From: Eubacteriales bacterium | GTDB taxonomy: Bacteria; Bacillota; Clostridia; Oscillospirales; CAG-272 | Reading direction: 5' to 3' | Length of the DNA: 64,000 bases | Assembly (NCBI GenBank): GCA_045657485.1 | Contig: JAZOTE010000063.1 | Span: 107,395-171,394, forward strand | Shown: piece by piece, positions 38,011-48,188 of the stretch | Position numbering within the stretch: the first letter of the stretch is position 1 | Layout of the letters: each line of letters opens with the position of its first letter | Program-made: the position numbers and the translations under genes | Notes under the pieces: model-generated | What the model saw: only the letters and a program-made list of their open reading frames with translations | The model's database searches: none | Told to the model about the DNA's origin: nothing

Positions 38011-38081
38011 GCATTCCTAAATTGTGTTTATTTGAAGAGCGCCACTGTGTCATAATCCACAGCGGCGCTCTTTCTTATTGA

Positions 38082-38969
38082 TTATATAAACGGACGTCTG
38101 TCCGGCACAAGTCTAAGCGGCTTGTCGGAAACTATCATTCCGGGCAAGGCTGCCTGCAATTCAGCCATACCGCACAGAGTTCTAAACAGCATATGCAGAT
38201 CGTTAAATCTCTCGTTTTTACTAAAGCTCAGCGACGATATTGCATTGATGTGAAACTCCGCAAATTCCGAAAGTATTTCCTTCACCTCGTCATATCTGTG
38301 AGAGGTCTGTCTGGATGCTCGATTCATGCAGTATATATAATCTGCCTCAATAAATCCGGGGATTGTACCGAAATTCACACGAACGCCTACCTGTCTGTAC
38401 ATTTCTATACAAGTGTCGATTATCTTTTCCGCATATCTTAGAGGCATCTTCGCATACTCGTAGTTGAACATATAGTGGAAGCCGCCCGCCATATATGCGT
38501 GCACGGCGTCCGGATTATCGTATCCGTTAGGATGGAGATCGTCGGCGTAGGGCGCTACGTCTGCATATCCGGGTTTCCAGAAGCTTGTCACCGGGTCGCT
38601 GTTTTCCCATAGCCATTCGAAATAATTATTCTGAAGCTCCTCTGTCAGCTCGCCGGAATTTACAAGCGCCGCGTACAATCCGGCGCCCCTGTGGGATTGT
38701 GGCCAGGGATCGTTCCAATCCAAACCGTCGAGAAAAGCTCGCAGAGCATCTCGGCTCATATATTTGTGCAGACCGCGAACGGGATAAAGTGGCTTTGTGT
38801 CAAATAGCTCAATGGAAGCAAGGCGGTGCGCCGTAGTATGTATTGTGTGGTGCGTAGCCTCTGTGAGCATACTGGTTTCGGGATCCTGCATAGAGAGAAG
38901 AGCGTTTATTCTCGCTTTTCTCGTTTTGCTGTCGCATCCAAACTCACCGATAGTGTAGAGTATATTCAT
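38082..38969 (-). CDS. Hypothetical protein, possibly 5'-truncated
   Basis: The frame stays open for 25 codons upstream of the first ATG, with no alternative start. Confidence 0.4.
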   Translation of the reverse strand: MNILYTIGEFGCDSKTRKARINALLSMQDPETSMLTEATHHTIHTTAHRLASIELFDTKPLYPVRGLHKYMSRDALRAFLDGLDWNDPWPQSHRGAGLYAALVNSGELTEELQNNYFEWLWENSDPVTSFWKPGYADVAPYADDLHPNGYDNPDAVHAYMAGGFHYMFNYEYAKMPLRYAEKIIDTCIEMYRQVGVRVNFGTIPGFIEADYIYCMNRASRQTSHRYDEVKEILSEFAEFHINAISSLSFSKNERFNDLHMLFRTLCGMAELQAALPGMIVSDKPLRLVPDRRPFI

Positions 38970-39156
38970 AGCGTCGGCGCAGCCGTACTCGTTTTTACCG
39001 AGATCTCTCGTGACGCGCTCATCCTGCCAAGCCCATCTGCAGTATTATCCCAGAGTATTCAGCACGTGTTATTTTACTATTTCGTATGCGGCGTTTATTA
39101 TAGGTCTTATATCCAATTTTTTATATTCATTGCCTTTTCCGCGGCGTATTAGTAAG

Positions 39157-40314
39157 TCATTTTTTCAGAGAAGCCGTAACATCTCTCTCGAATTTCTGAC
39201 CGGTAATACCGCAACCGCCACTGTCATATCGTGAATTTTTCAAATATATCGCAGTAATATCGTTTTTCGGATCAATGAAGAAGTGTGTTCCGTATGCACC
39301 GCTCCAACCGTATGATCCCGGTGTAAGATTTTGGTTTCCTTCGGTTCTTATGCTTACCGCAAGCCCCCATATATCCGTCGCTCCGTTCTTCATTGCGCTT
39401 TTCTTTACCTTGGGGGTCCTCATTTTTTTCACCGACTCCGAAGATATTATCCTCTTGCCGTTATATTCGCCACCGCGTCGCAGCATTTCCGCGAATTTGA
39501 AATAATCTGCCTTCGTACCAACCAGACCGGCACCTGCGCAGGTGTATTCCAGCGGAAACCACGCAAAAGTATGCTTGCCCATATCTACGTTCTTGATCTT
39601 TCCGCTCTCATCGCGATCGGTCATTTTGACGAGCTTTTCCCATGTGTCGTCAGTAGGGTTATACGTGGTTTCGAACATTTCAAGTGGGTCAAGAACGTAC
39701 CTACGCATAAAGTCCGCGTATTTCATACCGATCTTATCTTCGATAATGAGAGCGATGAAGTCAAAAGCTTGATACGCGCTGTAACCGGTGCTTTCGGTAG
39801 GTTCGAGTGTCAGACATGTGTTATTTATTACGTAATCCACTGCCGCGCGATTGCTTCTGTATGCGTCTCGCGGTATTTTTGCTTCCTCCACTGAGCAGAG
39901 CGGGGAATTGCTCATAAATCCGGAGGTGTGGGAGAGGAAATGATAAAGCCTGAGCTCTTCCTTAGGCTTATGGTCGGGCACAACTATTCCGTTTTCCAGC
40001 CGTCCCACCTGCATTTTTTCAACGTCCGGGAAATAGTTCTTTGCTTTATCGTCAAGCGAAAACAGTCCCATTTCCTCAGCTACCAGAGCGCAAACCGCAG
40101 TTATAGGCTTCGTCATAGAGGCAAGACGGAATACGGAATCATCCCGAAGCGGAATACCTGCAATTTTATCCGAGAAACCAAAGCATTCGTTGAAAATTAT
40201 CCTTCCGCACTGCGCAACCAAGATTGATGCACCGGCGATGGTATTATTCTCCAGATCCTTTTCTGCGCTTTCGGTCAGCTTTTTACTTAGCTTTTCCTCA
40301 TCTATATAATTCAT
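39157..40314 (-). CDS. Serine hydrolase, beta-lactamase/PBP family
   Basis: SMTK (SxxK) active-site motif in ...FRLASMTKPITAV. Confidence 0.7.
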   Translation of the reverse strand: MNYIDEEKLSKKLTESAEKDLENNTIAGASILVAQCGRIIFNECFGFSDKIAGIPLRDDSVFRLASMTKPITAVCALVAEEMGLFSLDDKAKNYFPDVEKMQVGRLENGIVVPDHKPKEELRLYHFLSHTSGFMSNSPLCSVEEAKIPRDAYRSNRAAVDYVINNTCLTLEPTESTGYSAYQAFDFIALIIEDKIGMKYADFMRRYVLDPLEMFETTYNPTDDTWEKLVKMTDRDESGKIKNVDMGKHTFAWFPLEYTCAGAGLVGTKADYFKFAEMLRRGGEYNGKRIISSESVKKMRTPKVKKSAMKNGATDIWGLAVSIRTEGNQNLTPGSYGWSGAYGTHFFIDPKNDITAIYLKNSRYDSGGCGITGQKFERDVTASLKK

Positions 40315-40425
40315 GTTTTTCTCCTAGCGTGCTGCGCATCGATGTTTTTATTTAATTATAAGATATCCTTAAGAAAAAGTAAATGGCAAAAATTGACCAA
40401 ACAACGCATTTTGCGTGCAGTACTT

Positions 40426-41523
40426 TCAGAACCCAAGCGATTTTATTTTAGCTTCCATTCTACAGGCGGACTGAGCGTCCAGAAGTCCTGTTTCAAGGTG
40501 ATAGCAAACGGTTTCACCCTTGTTGAGATACCGTCCATAGCCTTTTTCACGGCAGTATTTCAAGCCTTTATGTTCAGCGGTAGCGGGAAGCACCATTCCC
40601 ATTGCGTCCTCGTCCTCTGTTCTGGATATCCATCGTACACCGAAGGGAAGCTCCTCAGGCCTGTGTATAACGTAAGTGGCTGTTCCGTCGGGGTTTTTCT
40701 GCATTGTGTACGCTCGTCCGTCAGAGTCGCTCCGATAGCTACAGCAGAATACGATCTCAGGCGCGTAGGATTGATCCTTTCCGCCTACTACGTCCATCAA
40801 ACCCGGATCCTTGTCGAGACGGTCGAGATAGTCGTTCGTGGCTTTAGCAATTGACTGAGAGAAATAATTTTCCGGAACCTCGTGATTAACTATGATACTG
40901 TCACGTGGGGCTGTATACATAAGGTGCGCGTCGTCTACGGGCCTATGATTTATGTGGCAGAGGTAATAATACTCTAAAGGTATATCCTTGTGATTTGTAA
41001 AGCTTGCCGTAATTTCAACGGAGGTTCGACCCTCATACAGCTTGACAAGAGGAGAAAAAACGTAGTTTGCTTCATAGCATCGCTTGTGAGAATACACACC
41101 GCCAAGACCTACGTACCGCCCCCCTTCATCCTCGCCCGATACTACGTACGCACAATCGTAATGGGCTATAGGCAGCTCGCCGTGGGGCAGGTGGGAATCC
41201 TCTGCGGTGGGGTTACCCATTGCGGTAAGACCGCAGTGCATCAGAAAGCAACCATAGGTTTCACCGAAAACCTGCTTCGCAGGCATAGGCTCGTCATAAA
41301 TTGATTTCATTGCCAGCTCCTTGCCGTCAAACTCGCACCGCCATATCATCTGCCCCATAAACGGAAGCATAACGAGATTGCCGCGGTCGTTACATAGTCT
41401 GACTGCCTGAACTCCGGTAGAATAGGTAAATGCTGCAGCAGAAAGCTTGCCTGAGTCCAGGAGCTTTTGCTCGCCGACTTCAAAATGCGATTCTCTGAGA
41501 TAAAATTTCGTTTCCATATTCAA
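40426..41523 (-). CDS. Aldose-1-epimerase-like / DUF4432-type protein
   Basis: Size and sequence pattern suggest a mutarotase-like fold. Moderate confidence only. Confidence 0.45.
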   Translation of the reverse strand: MNMETKFYLRESHFEVGEQKLLDSGKLSAAAFTYSTGVQAVRLCNDRGNLVMLPFMGQMIWRCEFDGKELAMKSIYDEPMPAKQVFGETYGCFLMHCGLTAMGNPTAEDSHLPHGELPIAHYDCAYVVSGEDEGGRYVGLGGVYSHKRCYEANYVFSPLVKLYEGRTSVEITASFTNHKDIPLEYYYLCHINHRPVDDAHLMYTAPRDSIIVNHEVPENYFSQSIAKATNDYLDRLDKDPGLMDVVGGKDQSYAPEIVFCCSYRSDSDGRAYTMQKNPDGTATYVIHRPEELPFGVRWISRTEDEDAMGMVLPATAEHKGLKYCREKGYGRYLNKGETVCYHLETGLLDAQSACRMEAKIKSLGF

Positions 41524-41721
41524 TCTCCGATAATAAGTGATAAATTAAATTTATCATTTAACGTATGAAAAGTCAATACAAAATCGTAAATATATAAACC
41601 ATTGTATACCGACGATTATGCACCGATTTTTTTATTAACGGTTGTTTTTTGGGTAGCTTAGTTGCTTTGTGCGTAACAGCACTTGCTTGAAAATAATTTT
41701 TGCTTTCAAAAAATAAATTTG

Positions 41722-41750
41722 TTGAAAACGTCGATATGATGTGATATAAT
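41722..41750 (+). promoter_or_regulatory. Sigma-A-type promoter with a long leader (~240 nt)
   Basis: TTGAAA-N17-TATAAT. Confidence 0.4.
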
Positions 41751-41992
41751 ATGATTTGGTGATGTACAAAAGCTTTTAAATATGCCTAATTGGCGCCGCG
41801 TGCTCTTTTTGCACCTGCGTCTTTAGAGAATTTAGTTCATAAAATGCAATGTTTGTGGCAACTTTAGCCATTTACTTTGTCATAAAAAAAGCTTATAATG
41901 TAACTGTAAACTTACGCGCGCAATCGTAAATGCAATGCGTAAATATTTTACGCTGCACAATGATAGAATCACTGCGCGCAGATGGAGAATAT

Positions 41993-42895
41993 ATGGCTAA
42001 ATTTATATTATCGGCATTCGCAGATGAGGCTTCCCCTGTTTTAGATGAACAGATAAGAGCGCTTACCGAGAACGGTATCGCATACATAGAGCCGAGAATT
42101 ATCGAAGGCAAGGGTATAATTACGTTGACTGACAGCGAGCTTCGCGAGGTAAGACGTAAGCTGGATGCTGCGGGAATAACCGTCGGCTCTCTCGGCTCTC
42201 CTATTGGAAAGTTCAGCATAGAGGACGATTTCGAGGGTCAGCTTCAGACCTTTGAGCGTGCATTGACAGCCTGCGAGATACTCGGAACTTGTAGGATGAG
42301 AATATTCAGCTTCTACTTAGACCGCAATAATATGGCTGCATATCGCGGCGAGGTTATCAGACGCCTCAGTGTTATGGTAAAGATAGCCGCAGAGCGCGGT
42401 ATAACGCTTTGTCACGAGAACGAGGCGAAAATCTACGGTCAGATGCCTGAGGACGTTGAGGATCTTTTAAACTCTGTTGACGGAATTCGCGGTATATTCG
42501 ACGCGGCTAACTACTGCGTAGTTGGCGGAGATCCGGTGAAGGGCGTTGACGTTACTTTGCCTTATCTTGAATATCTGCATATCAAAGACGCGCTGATGGA
42601 CGGGACTCCCGGAACCGAAAACGGTATGGTTATAGTGCCTGCCGGTCAGGGACACGGACACATCGGTGAGGCGCTTGATAAGGTAAACGCTGTCAGGGAT
42701 GGCGACGTTATACTTACCTTGGAGCCTCATCTCTATTCTGCAAACTCACTTAAGGGTGTGGAAAGCAGAACTATCGGAGGCGTAGTCACTTTCGAGAACG
42801 AGCGCTCGGCGTTCGATGCGGGCGTTGCCGCGCTTAAAAAGCTGTTGTCCGACTTCGGCTATGCGGAAGTTAATGGAAAGTACGTTAAGAAATGA
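41993..42895 (+). CDS. Sugar phosphate isomerase/epimerase (xylose-isomerase-like TIM barrel)
   Basis: GGAGA RBS. ...RMRIFSF...CHENE...LHIKD blocks. Confidence 0.65.
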   Translation: MAKFILSAFADEASPVLDEQIRALTENGIAYIEPRIIEGKGIITLTDSELREVRRKLDAAGITVGSLGSPIGKFSIEDDFEGQLQTFERALTACEILGTCRMRIFSFYLDRNNMAAYRGEVIRRLSVMVKIAAERGITLCHENEAKIYGQMPEDVEDLLNSVDGIRGIFDAANYCVVGGDPVKGVDVTLPYLEYLHIKDALMDGTPGTENGMVIVPAGQGHGHIGEALDKVNAVRDGDVILTLEPHLYSANSLKGVESRTIGGVVTFENERSAFDAGVAALKKLLSDFGYAEVNGKYVKK

Positions 42896-42905
42896 GGGAA
42901 TTAAA

Positions 42906-43904
42906 ATGGCAAAACACTACAGAGTTGCGCTGATAGGCTGTGGAAGCGTATCGGGAAATCATCTGACCGCGCTTAAAAATATAGGCAACAACACCGTTGT
43001 CGCGCTTTGCGATACGAAGCCCGAACGCGCTGAGGCGTCACGGGAAAAATTCGGTCTTAATTCGAAAATATACACTGATTATCTTGAAATGTACGATACT
43101 GAAAAGCCTGATGCAGTACATATATGCACGCCACATTATCTGCATTGCGAGATGACTGTAGAGGCTCTTAAGAGGGGAATATTCGTATTTCTCGAAAAGC
43201 CCTTGTGCATAAATACCGAGCAAATGGAGATGATGCTTGAGGCAGAGCGCAATAGCTCCGCATCCGTGGCGGTAAGCTTCCAGAACAGGTTTACTCCATC
43301 GGTAGTTAAGGCGAGAGAGATAGTGGAGGCTGATGGCGGTATAGTATCGGCATTCGGTTCTCTTTTCTGGGACAGAGGAGAGAAATACTACACCGAAAGC
43401 GGCTGGCGCGGCACGTTCGCTACTGAGGGCGGCGGAGTTATGATAAATCAGGCAATACATATGATGGACCTGCTTATACAGTTTGGCGGTCGTCCCGTTT
43501 CTCTGCGCGCAAATACCGAAAATTATCATCTTCGCGACGTAATTGAGGTAGAGGACAGCTGCAGCGGATACATCACTCACGAAAGCGGAATACACACTAC
43601 CTTCTACGCTACCAATACCGCGAGCGGCTTATGGTTTACCGATATACAGCTAAAGACCGCTCATCATATCATAGAAATAAACAACTACAAGCTGTACGTT
43701 GATAAGGAATTCGTTGATACGGATGAGCATACTAACTACGCAGGTAAGGCTTGCTACGGAAACGGTCACGAGCCGCTTATAGAGAGATTTTATCAATGTA
43801 TTGAAAGCGGTGTGGAAATGCCTGTAACTATGGAGAGCGCTAAGTGGGCTGTAAGACTGCTGCTTGCCGCATACAAATCGCACGGTCAGGACACAGAGAT
43901 ATAA
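42906..43904 (+). CDS. Gfo/Idh/MocA family oxidoreductase
   Basis: N-terminal Rossmann motif VALIGCGSVSGNH. EKP motif (FLEKPLC). Confidence 0.75.
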   Translation: MAKHYRVALIGCGSVSGNHLTALKNIGNNTVVALCDTKPERAEASREKFGLNSKIYTDYLEMYDTEKPDAVHICTPHYLHCEMTVEALKRGIFVFLEKPLCINTEQMEMMLEAERNSSASVAVSFQNRFTPSVVKAREIVEADGGIVSAFGSLFWDRGEKYYTESGWRGTFATEGGGVMINQAIHMMDLLIQFGGRPVSLRANTENYHLRDVIEVEDSCSGYITHESGIHTTFYATNTASGLWFTDIQLKTAHHIIEINNYKLYVDKEFVDTDEHTNYAGKACYGNGHEPLIERFYQCIESGVEMPVTMESAKWAVRLLLAAYKSHGQDTEI

Positions 43905-44021
43905 GTCGGTATAGGATCGTATCTCCATATCTCTCATTTTTACAGAGGCGGAATATTTGAATACGGCAAAACAAAAGGCTATCGAAGTAGGATAAACCCT
44001 CTTTCGATAGCCTTTATTAAA

Positions 44022-45824
44022 TCAGAAGCCGCCCTGCTCGGTAATGGGCGCGCAAATTCCGAGATCCTCTCTGTCAAAGAATTCTACGGATAAAGTATCT
44101 GTGCTGTCAGACTCGAAAACGATTATTTCGTTTTCACCGATTTTCAGTATCGGTGCAGGAACGTAGAGCGTTTTTTGCGGTCCCGCATCATTAAAATATC
44201 TGCCAACGTTAAATCCGTTTATTTTGACGAAACCTTTATGGAAGCCGTCAAGTCTTATGAACGTATCCGCCGGCTCTTCGTTGATTTGGAGAAATCCTCG
44301 CAGAAACGTAGGTTTTCTTATAGAGTTTCTTTCGGCCTTTTTGAATTGCAGGCCCTCAAGCTCCTTTTCCATGGGTAAGCAGTACGTTTCCCAACCGAAG
44401 TGGTGCTGATCGTTTAACTTCACAGCGCTAAGTCCCTTGCGGTCGAGAAGCTTTGGACCGTAGTTGACACGTCCCATATTTTCAACCAATAGATCAAGCT
44501 GTACACGTTCATCAAAATCCGGTGCAACGGTCACAAGCTCATCTTTCTTTGGCTTTGCCCAGCGGCAATAAGTGCCCTTATGCTCGCCGTCTATAAATAT
44601 TTGAACTCTGTCGTGTATTTTATCAAACTCAATGCCTCTTTTTTCGGCTGGCCCTTGGATTTTCGAACGGTACAGAATATATCCGTATGATTGCCCCAGG
44701 TCCTCCATAAATTTCGGGGCAGCAGAGAACACGGGCGTAGAAATGTTACCGATATTATCAAACAGATCTGCCGTTTCCAGAAGCTCTACCTTGCCGTACG
44801 CCGCCTTTTTTGATTCTGTAGCGGTAAGCAGCGGTACGCTTCCGTAGTATTTCTTTACGAGATCCCGTATTGCGTAATAGGTAGGTGTACGGTCACCGGC
44901 TTCGTTCAGGGGGGCGCAATAATCGTAGCTTGTAGTGGTAGGCGCGTAACCGTTTGCGTCGCAATTTGCTCCGTTCATAAAGCCAAAGTTGGTTCCACCG
45001 TGGAACATATAGAAGTTAAACGATGCGCCTATTTCAAAGAATTCCTCAAAATCCGAAACTACCTCTTCCGGAGTACGCGTATGATGATATTCAAACCAGT
45101 GGTCAAACCAACCGCACCAATATTCACCGCACATAAGAGGTTGATTCGGTCGGAAATTTTTGAGTAGTGCTAATCTTTCCTTTGGCTTTGAACCGAAGTT
45201 TGCTACGGCGAGATACTCGTCAAGAGTGCCGCCGTTCAGCATATAATACGTAGGTCCGTCAGATGTAAAATACAGACAGTCCATACCGTTTTTCCTATAT
45301 ATTTCCGCTACCCGACGCAGATATCCTTTGTCGTCGCCGTAGCTTCCGTATTCGTTTTCCACCTGTATCATAGTAATACAGCCGCCATTTGAGGAAAGGT
45401 AAGGCCTTACCCTTGGTAAGAGCTGATCGTAATATCTCTCGACCTTAGAGAGAAATTCATCATTATTGCATCGTAGTGCCATTTTTTCATACTTCAGAAG
45501 CCAGGCGGGCAGACCGCCGAACTCCCACTCGGAGCATATGTACGGACCGGGTCGCAGTATAAGATCAAGTCCAAGCTCCTGCGCCGTAGCAATAAAAGCA
45601 GCTATATCCAGATTTCCGGAAAAGTCAAACTCGTTCTCCTGCGGCTCGTGCAGATTCCAAGCGGTATATGTTTCCACGGTGTTAAATCCGCATTCCTTTA
45701 ATTTCAGAAGCCTATCGTACCAGTATTCGCGCGGAATACGGAAGTAATGTATTGCGCCCGAAAGAATTGTATGCTTTTTTCCGTTTTTATAGAAGCTGTT
45801 ACCCTTGTAGGTGAGATTTCCCAT
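44022..45824 (-). CDS. GH35 beta-galactosidase
   Basis: SGAIHYFRIPREYWYDRLLKLKECGFNTVETY..WNLHEP...RPGPYICSEWEFGGLPAWL are typical GH35 blocks. Confidence 0.8.
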   Translation of the reverse strand: MGNLTYKGNSFYKNGKKHTILSGAIHYFRIPREYWYDRLLKLKECGFNTVETYTAWNLHEPQENEFDFSGNLDIAAFIATAQELGLDLILRPGPYICSEWEFGGLPAWLLKYEKMALRCNNDEFLSKVERYYDQLLPRVRPYLSSNGGCITMIQVENEYGSYGDDKGYLRRVAEIYRKNGMDCLYFTSDGPTYYMLNGGTLDEYLAVANFGSKPKERLALLKNFRPNQPLMCGEYWCGWFDHWFEYHHTRTPEEVVSDFEEFFEIGASFNFYMFHGGTNFGFMNGANCDANGYAPTTTSYDYCAPLNEAGDRTPTYYAIRDLVKKYYGSVPLLTATESKKAAYGKVELLETADLFDNIGNISTPVFSAAPKFMEDLGQSYGYILYRSKIQGPAEKRGIEFDKIHDRVQIFIDGEHKGTYCRWAKPKKDELVTVAPDFDERVQLDLLVENMGRVNYGPKLLDRKGLSAVKLNDQHHFGWETYCLPMEKELEGLQFKKAERNSIRKPTFLRGFLQINEEPADTFIRLDGFHKGFVKINGFNVGRYFNDAGPQKTLYVPAPILKIGENEIIVFESDSTDTLSVEFFDREDLGICAPITEQGGF

Positions 45825-45954
45825 AATTTTTACCTTCCTGATTTAGCGGAAATAACTTTCTGAATGAATTATACCATATCATAAACGGCAAATCAATAGT
45901 TTCATAAAAACAGTTGAATGAATTAGTGAAGAGTGAATAGTGAATAGTGAGAAA

Positions 45955-45990
45955 GTAAAAATCGACAAGCTTCTGGCGAAACTTGTCGAT
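45955..45990 (-). terminator. Rho-independent terminator downstream of tRNA-Arg
   Basis: ATCGACAAG...CTTGTCGAT stem followed by a T-tract on the minus strand. Confidence 0.7.
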
Positions 45991-45993
45991 TTT

Positions 45994-46070
45994 TGGCCTA
46001 CCCGATAGGATTCGAACCTACGGCCTTCAGAGTCGGAGTCTGACGCGCTATCCAGCTGTGCCACGGGTAG
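45994..46070 (-). tRNA. tRNA-Arg (anticodon CCG), CCA encoded
   Basis: Hand-folded. Acceptor CTACCCG/CGGGTAG; anticodon stem TCAGA/TCTGA with loop CTCCGAC; T-arm GTAGG-TTCGAAT-CCTAT; 77 nt. Confidence 0.9.
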
Positions 46071-46092
46071 ATTTAAATTATTGATTATTTTT

Positions 46093-46282
46093 AGAACCTA
46101 ATTAACTGTTTTCAGAACCTACGTCCCGTCCCGTCGCATAGTCGCCGTGCGTCGCTCGATACACTCGCTCCTACGGCTCGTTGCTTTGGGGACTTCGCAT
46201 CGCAAAAACGATAATCAATCGTTTTTGCTCGCTCACCTTCAAAGTCGGAGTCTGACGCGCTATCCAGCTGTGATATGGGTAG
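46093..46282 (-). pseudogene. tRNA-Arg-like 5' copy (acceptor to variable loop) with a ~110-nt insertion and broken T-arm
   Basis: 46236-46282 matches tRNA positions 1-47 with 5 mismatches. CGTAGGTTC resumes at 46115-46123 and TAGGTTCT repeats at 46093-46100. Confidence 0.7.
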
Positions 46283-46304
46283 ATACGTTCTGTATTGCCA
46301 TAAT

Positions 46305-46333
46305 ATTCTATCATTAAATAATCTTTTTGTCAA
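46305..46333 (-). promoter_or_regulatory. Consensus promoter driving the tRNA-like scar plus tRNA-Arg
   Basis: TTGACA-N17-TAGAAT on the minus strand; the -10 ends 22 nt upstream of the tRNA-like 5' end. Confidence 0.6.
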
Positions 46334-46411
46334 TGATTTCTTTGAAAATATTGCTTATATACAGATTATGTGTTATAATGTAATAGAACACATTTCTACC
46401 AGAGGTTTAAT

Positions 46412-47398
46412 ATGTCATCATTTCTTTTTGCGTTAAACGCTGTGACCCCTATCGTATTGATGATGGTCATAGGATATATTCTGAAAAGCATCGGATTTGT
46501 ATCAAAGGATTTTATAAAAATGGCAAACAAGCTCGTTTTTCGCGTGTTTTTGCCTCCAATGCTGTTTCTGAACGTCTATAAAATTGATAATCTCGCCTCC
46601 GTTGATTTTGGTTATATAATATATGCTGTCACTGCTGTGCTTACGATTTTTTTCGTAGTGTACGGTCTTGTTATCGTGTTTACCAAAAATCCCAGACATC
46701 GCGGAGCGTTACTTCAGGCGTCATTCCGTTCCAATTTCGCTCTGATAGGCATTCCGCTCGCAGAATCTCTTTTTGGCTCGGAAGGTGTAGCGATTGCGGC
46801 AGTATTGTCAGCGGTAGCTATTCCTGTGTTTAATATTCTTGCCGTTATAAGCCTCTCTGTATTCTCTGACAGAAAGGAAAAGGTTAAATTCAGCAAGGTG
46901 CTGCTTGGCATTGCAAAAAATCCGCTTATAATAGGTGTATTTGCAGGACTTATAACGCTTAGCATCAGAGCACTCTTCGTAAATCTCGGAGTAGAATTTA
47001 GATTGAGTGATATCCAGCCCATCTATAAGGTGTTGAATTATCTCTCAAATATGGCTACGCCTCTCGCGTTGATAGTTCTTGGCGCGCAGTTCGAGTTCTC
47101 CGCGGTCAAATCCTTGCGCCGTGAGATTATCTTTGGAACAGCGTTGCGCACCGCCGTGGTTCCCATAGCCGTTCTAGGTACAGCTATATTATTCTTTAGA
47201 AGCTCATTCGGCGGGGCACAGTATGCTGCCTTAACCGCGCTCTTTGCAACTCCCGTTGCCGTTTCAAGCGTTCCGATGGCGCAGGAAATGGATTCTGACG
47301 TTACGTTGGCAGGTCAGCTTGTCGTATGGTCTACACTGACCTCGGTTATTACAGTTTTTGTTGCTTCACTTGTTATGAAGCAAGTAGGTATTTTTTGA
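46412..47398 (+). CDS. AEC (auxin efflux carrier) family transporter
   Basis: About 10 TM segments, 328 aa, typical AEC layout. Confidence 0.65.
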   Translation: MSSFLFALNAVTPIVLMMVIGYILKSIGFVSKDFIKMANKLVFRVFLPPMLFLNVYKIDNLASVDFGYIIYAVTAVLTIFFVVYGLVIVFTKNPRHRGALLQASFRSNFALIGIPLAESLFGSEGVAIAAVLSAVAIPVFNILAVISLSVFSDRKEKVKFSKVLLGIAKNPLIIGVFAGLITLSIRALFVNLGVEFRLSDIQPIYKVLNYLSNMATPLALIVLGAQFEFSAVKSLRREIIFGTALRTAVVPIAVLGTAILFFRSSFGGAQYAALTALFATPVAVSSVPMAQEMDSDVTLAGQLVVWSTLTSVITVFVASLVMKQVGIF

Positions 47399-47455
47399 TA
47401 TCGAAGGCTTCATAGGAGTAATCCAATCATTGTTCTGCTCATAAATATATACTAA

Positions 47456-47500
47456 AAACAACAAATCAAGGCATTTTTTGCTTTGGTTTGTTGTTTTGCT
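47456..47500 (+). terminator. Rho-independent terminator
   Basis: AAACAACAAATCAAGGC...GCTTTGGTTTGTTGTTT plus a T-run. Confidence 0.6.
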
Positions 47501-47744
47501 TGTTTATGAAGTTAAGTATATATCCAAATCACCGCATAAACGATATAAAACGGTGTTTTACCTTTGTCTTGTATTCGCAGTAACTCACCGTTGGGTAGTG
47601 TGAAAGCGAACAAATACCGTGTGATATCTTAGCTTTATCATGCGATTTCATGAACTTCGTGAGTACGCTAACATAAAATATTGCACCCAATTTGCACCAA
47701 AAATCACACCAACAGTCAACGTTGTTTGACTCTACAATTGGAAT

Positions 47745-47924
47745 TTATAAATCTTCAATTGGAGTAACTATCGGTTTACCATCTTTGTCCAACAAAACTG
47801 TTAAACCACCCGCGTAACCACCTGTATGAAACAAATAATTAATACCCGTTTCTCTATCTACCCAAATCTCTGTAGAACCTAACTCTTGAGTATAAATTTT
47901 CACAAATCTTTTTTCTTTAGCCAT
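47745..47924 (-). CDS. Small DUF6440-like protein
   Basis: MAKEKRFVKIYTQELGSTEIWVDRETGINYLFHTGGYAGGLTVLLDKDGKP. Confidence 0.45.
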   Translation of the reverse strand: MAKEKRFVKIYTQELGSTEIWVDRETGINYLFHTGGYAGGLTVLLDKDGKPIVTPIEDL

Positions 47925-48047
47925 TGTAATAACCCCCGCCAAATTCAAGTTTATCGATTAGATACATAACCAAGGTAATTATACCATAATTTTTCCAAAA
48001 AGTAAATAGGACGGCGAGGTTCTTTACAAATTGAACCGCCACATTTG

Positions 48048-48188
48048 TTAAAGCAAATCGTGCTCAATTGATTCAGCCATCTTGGCTTTGTATTCTTTGA
48101 AAATATGAACGTAGATATTAGAGGTGATTTCGGTGTTACAATGTCCGAGGTGCTCAGAAATAGCCTTAACGTCAAATCCGTAGAAAAA
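48048..48188 (-). pseudogene. Tyrosine recombinase 3' remnant (last ~46 codons)
   Basis: ...GFDVKAISEHLGHCNTEITSNIYVHIFKEYKAKMAESIEHDLL* carries the LGH...Y catalytic-Tyr region. Confidence 0.7.

Noticed and set aside
46112-46333. 73-aa ORF on the minus strand
   Set aside because: It is made entirely of the tRNA-like scar and its insert, so it is not protein-coding.
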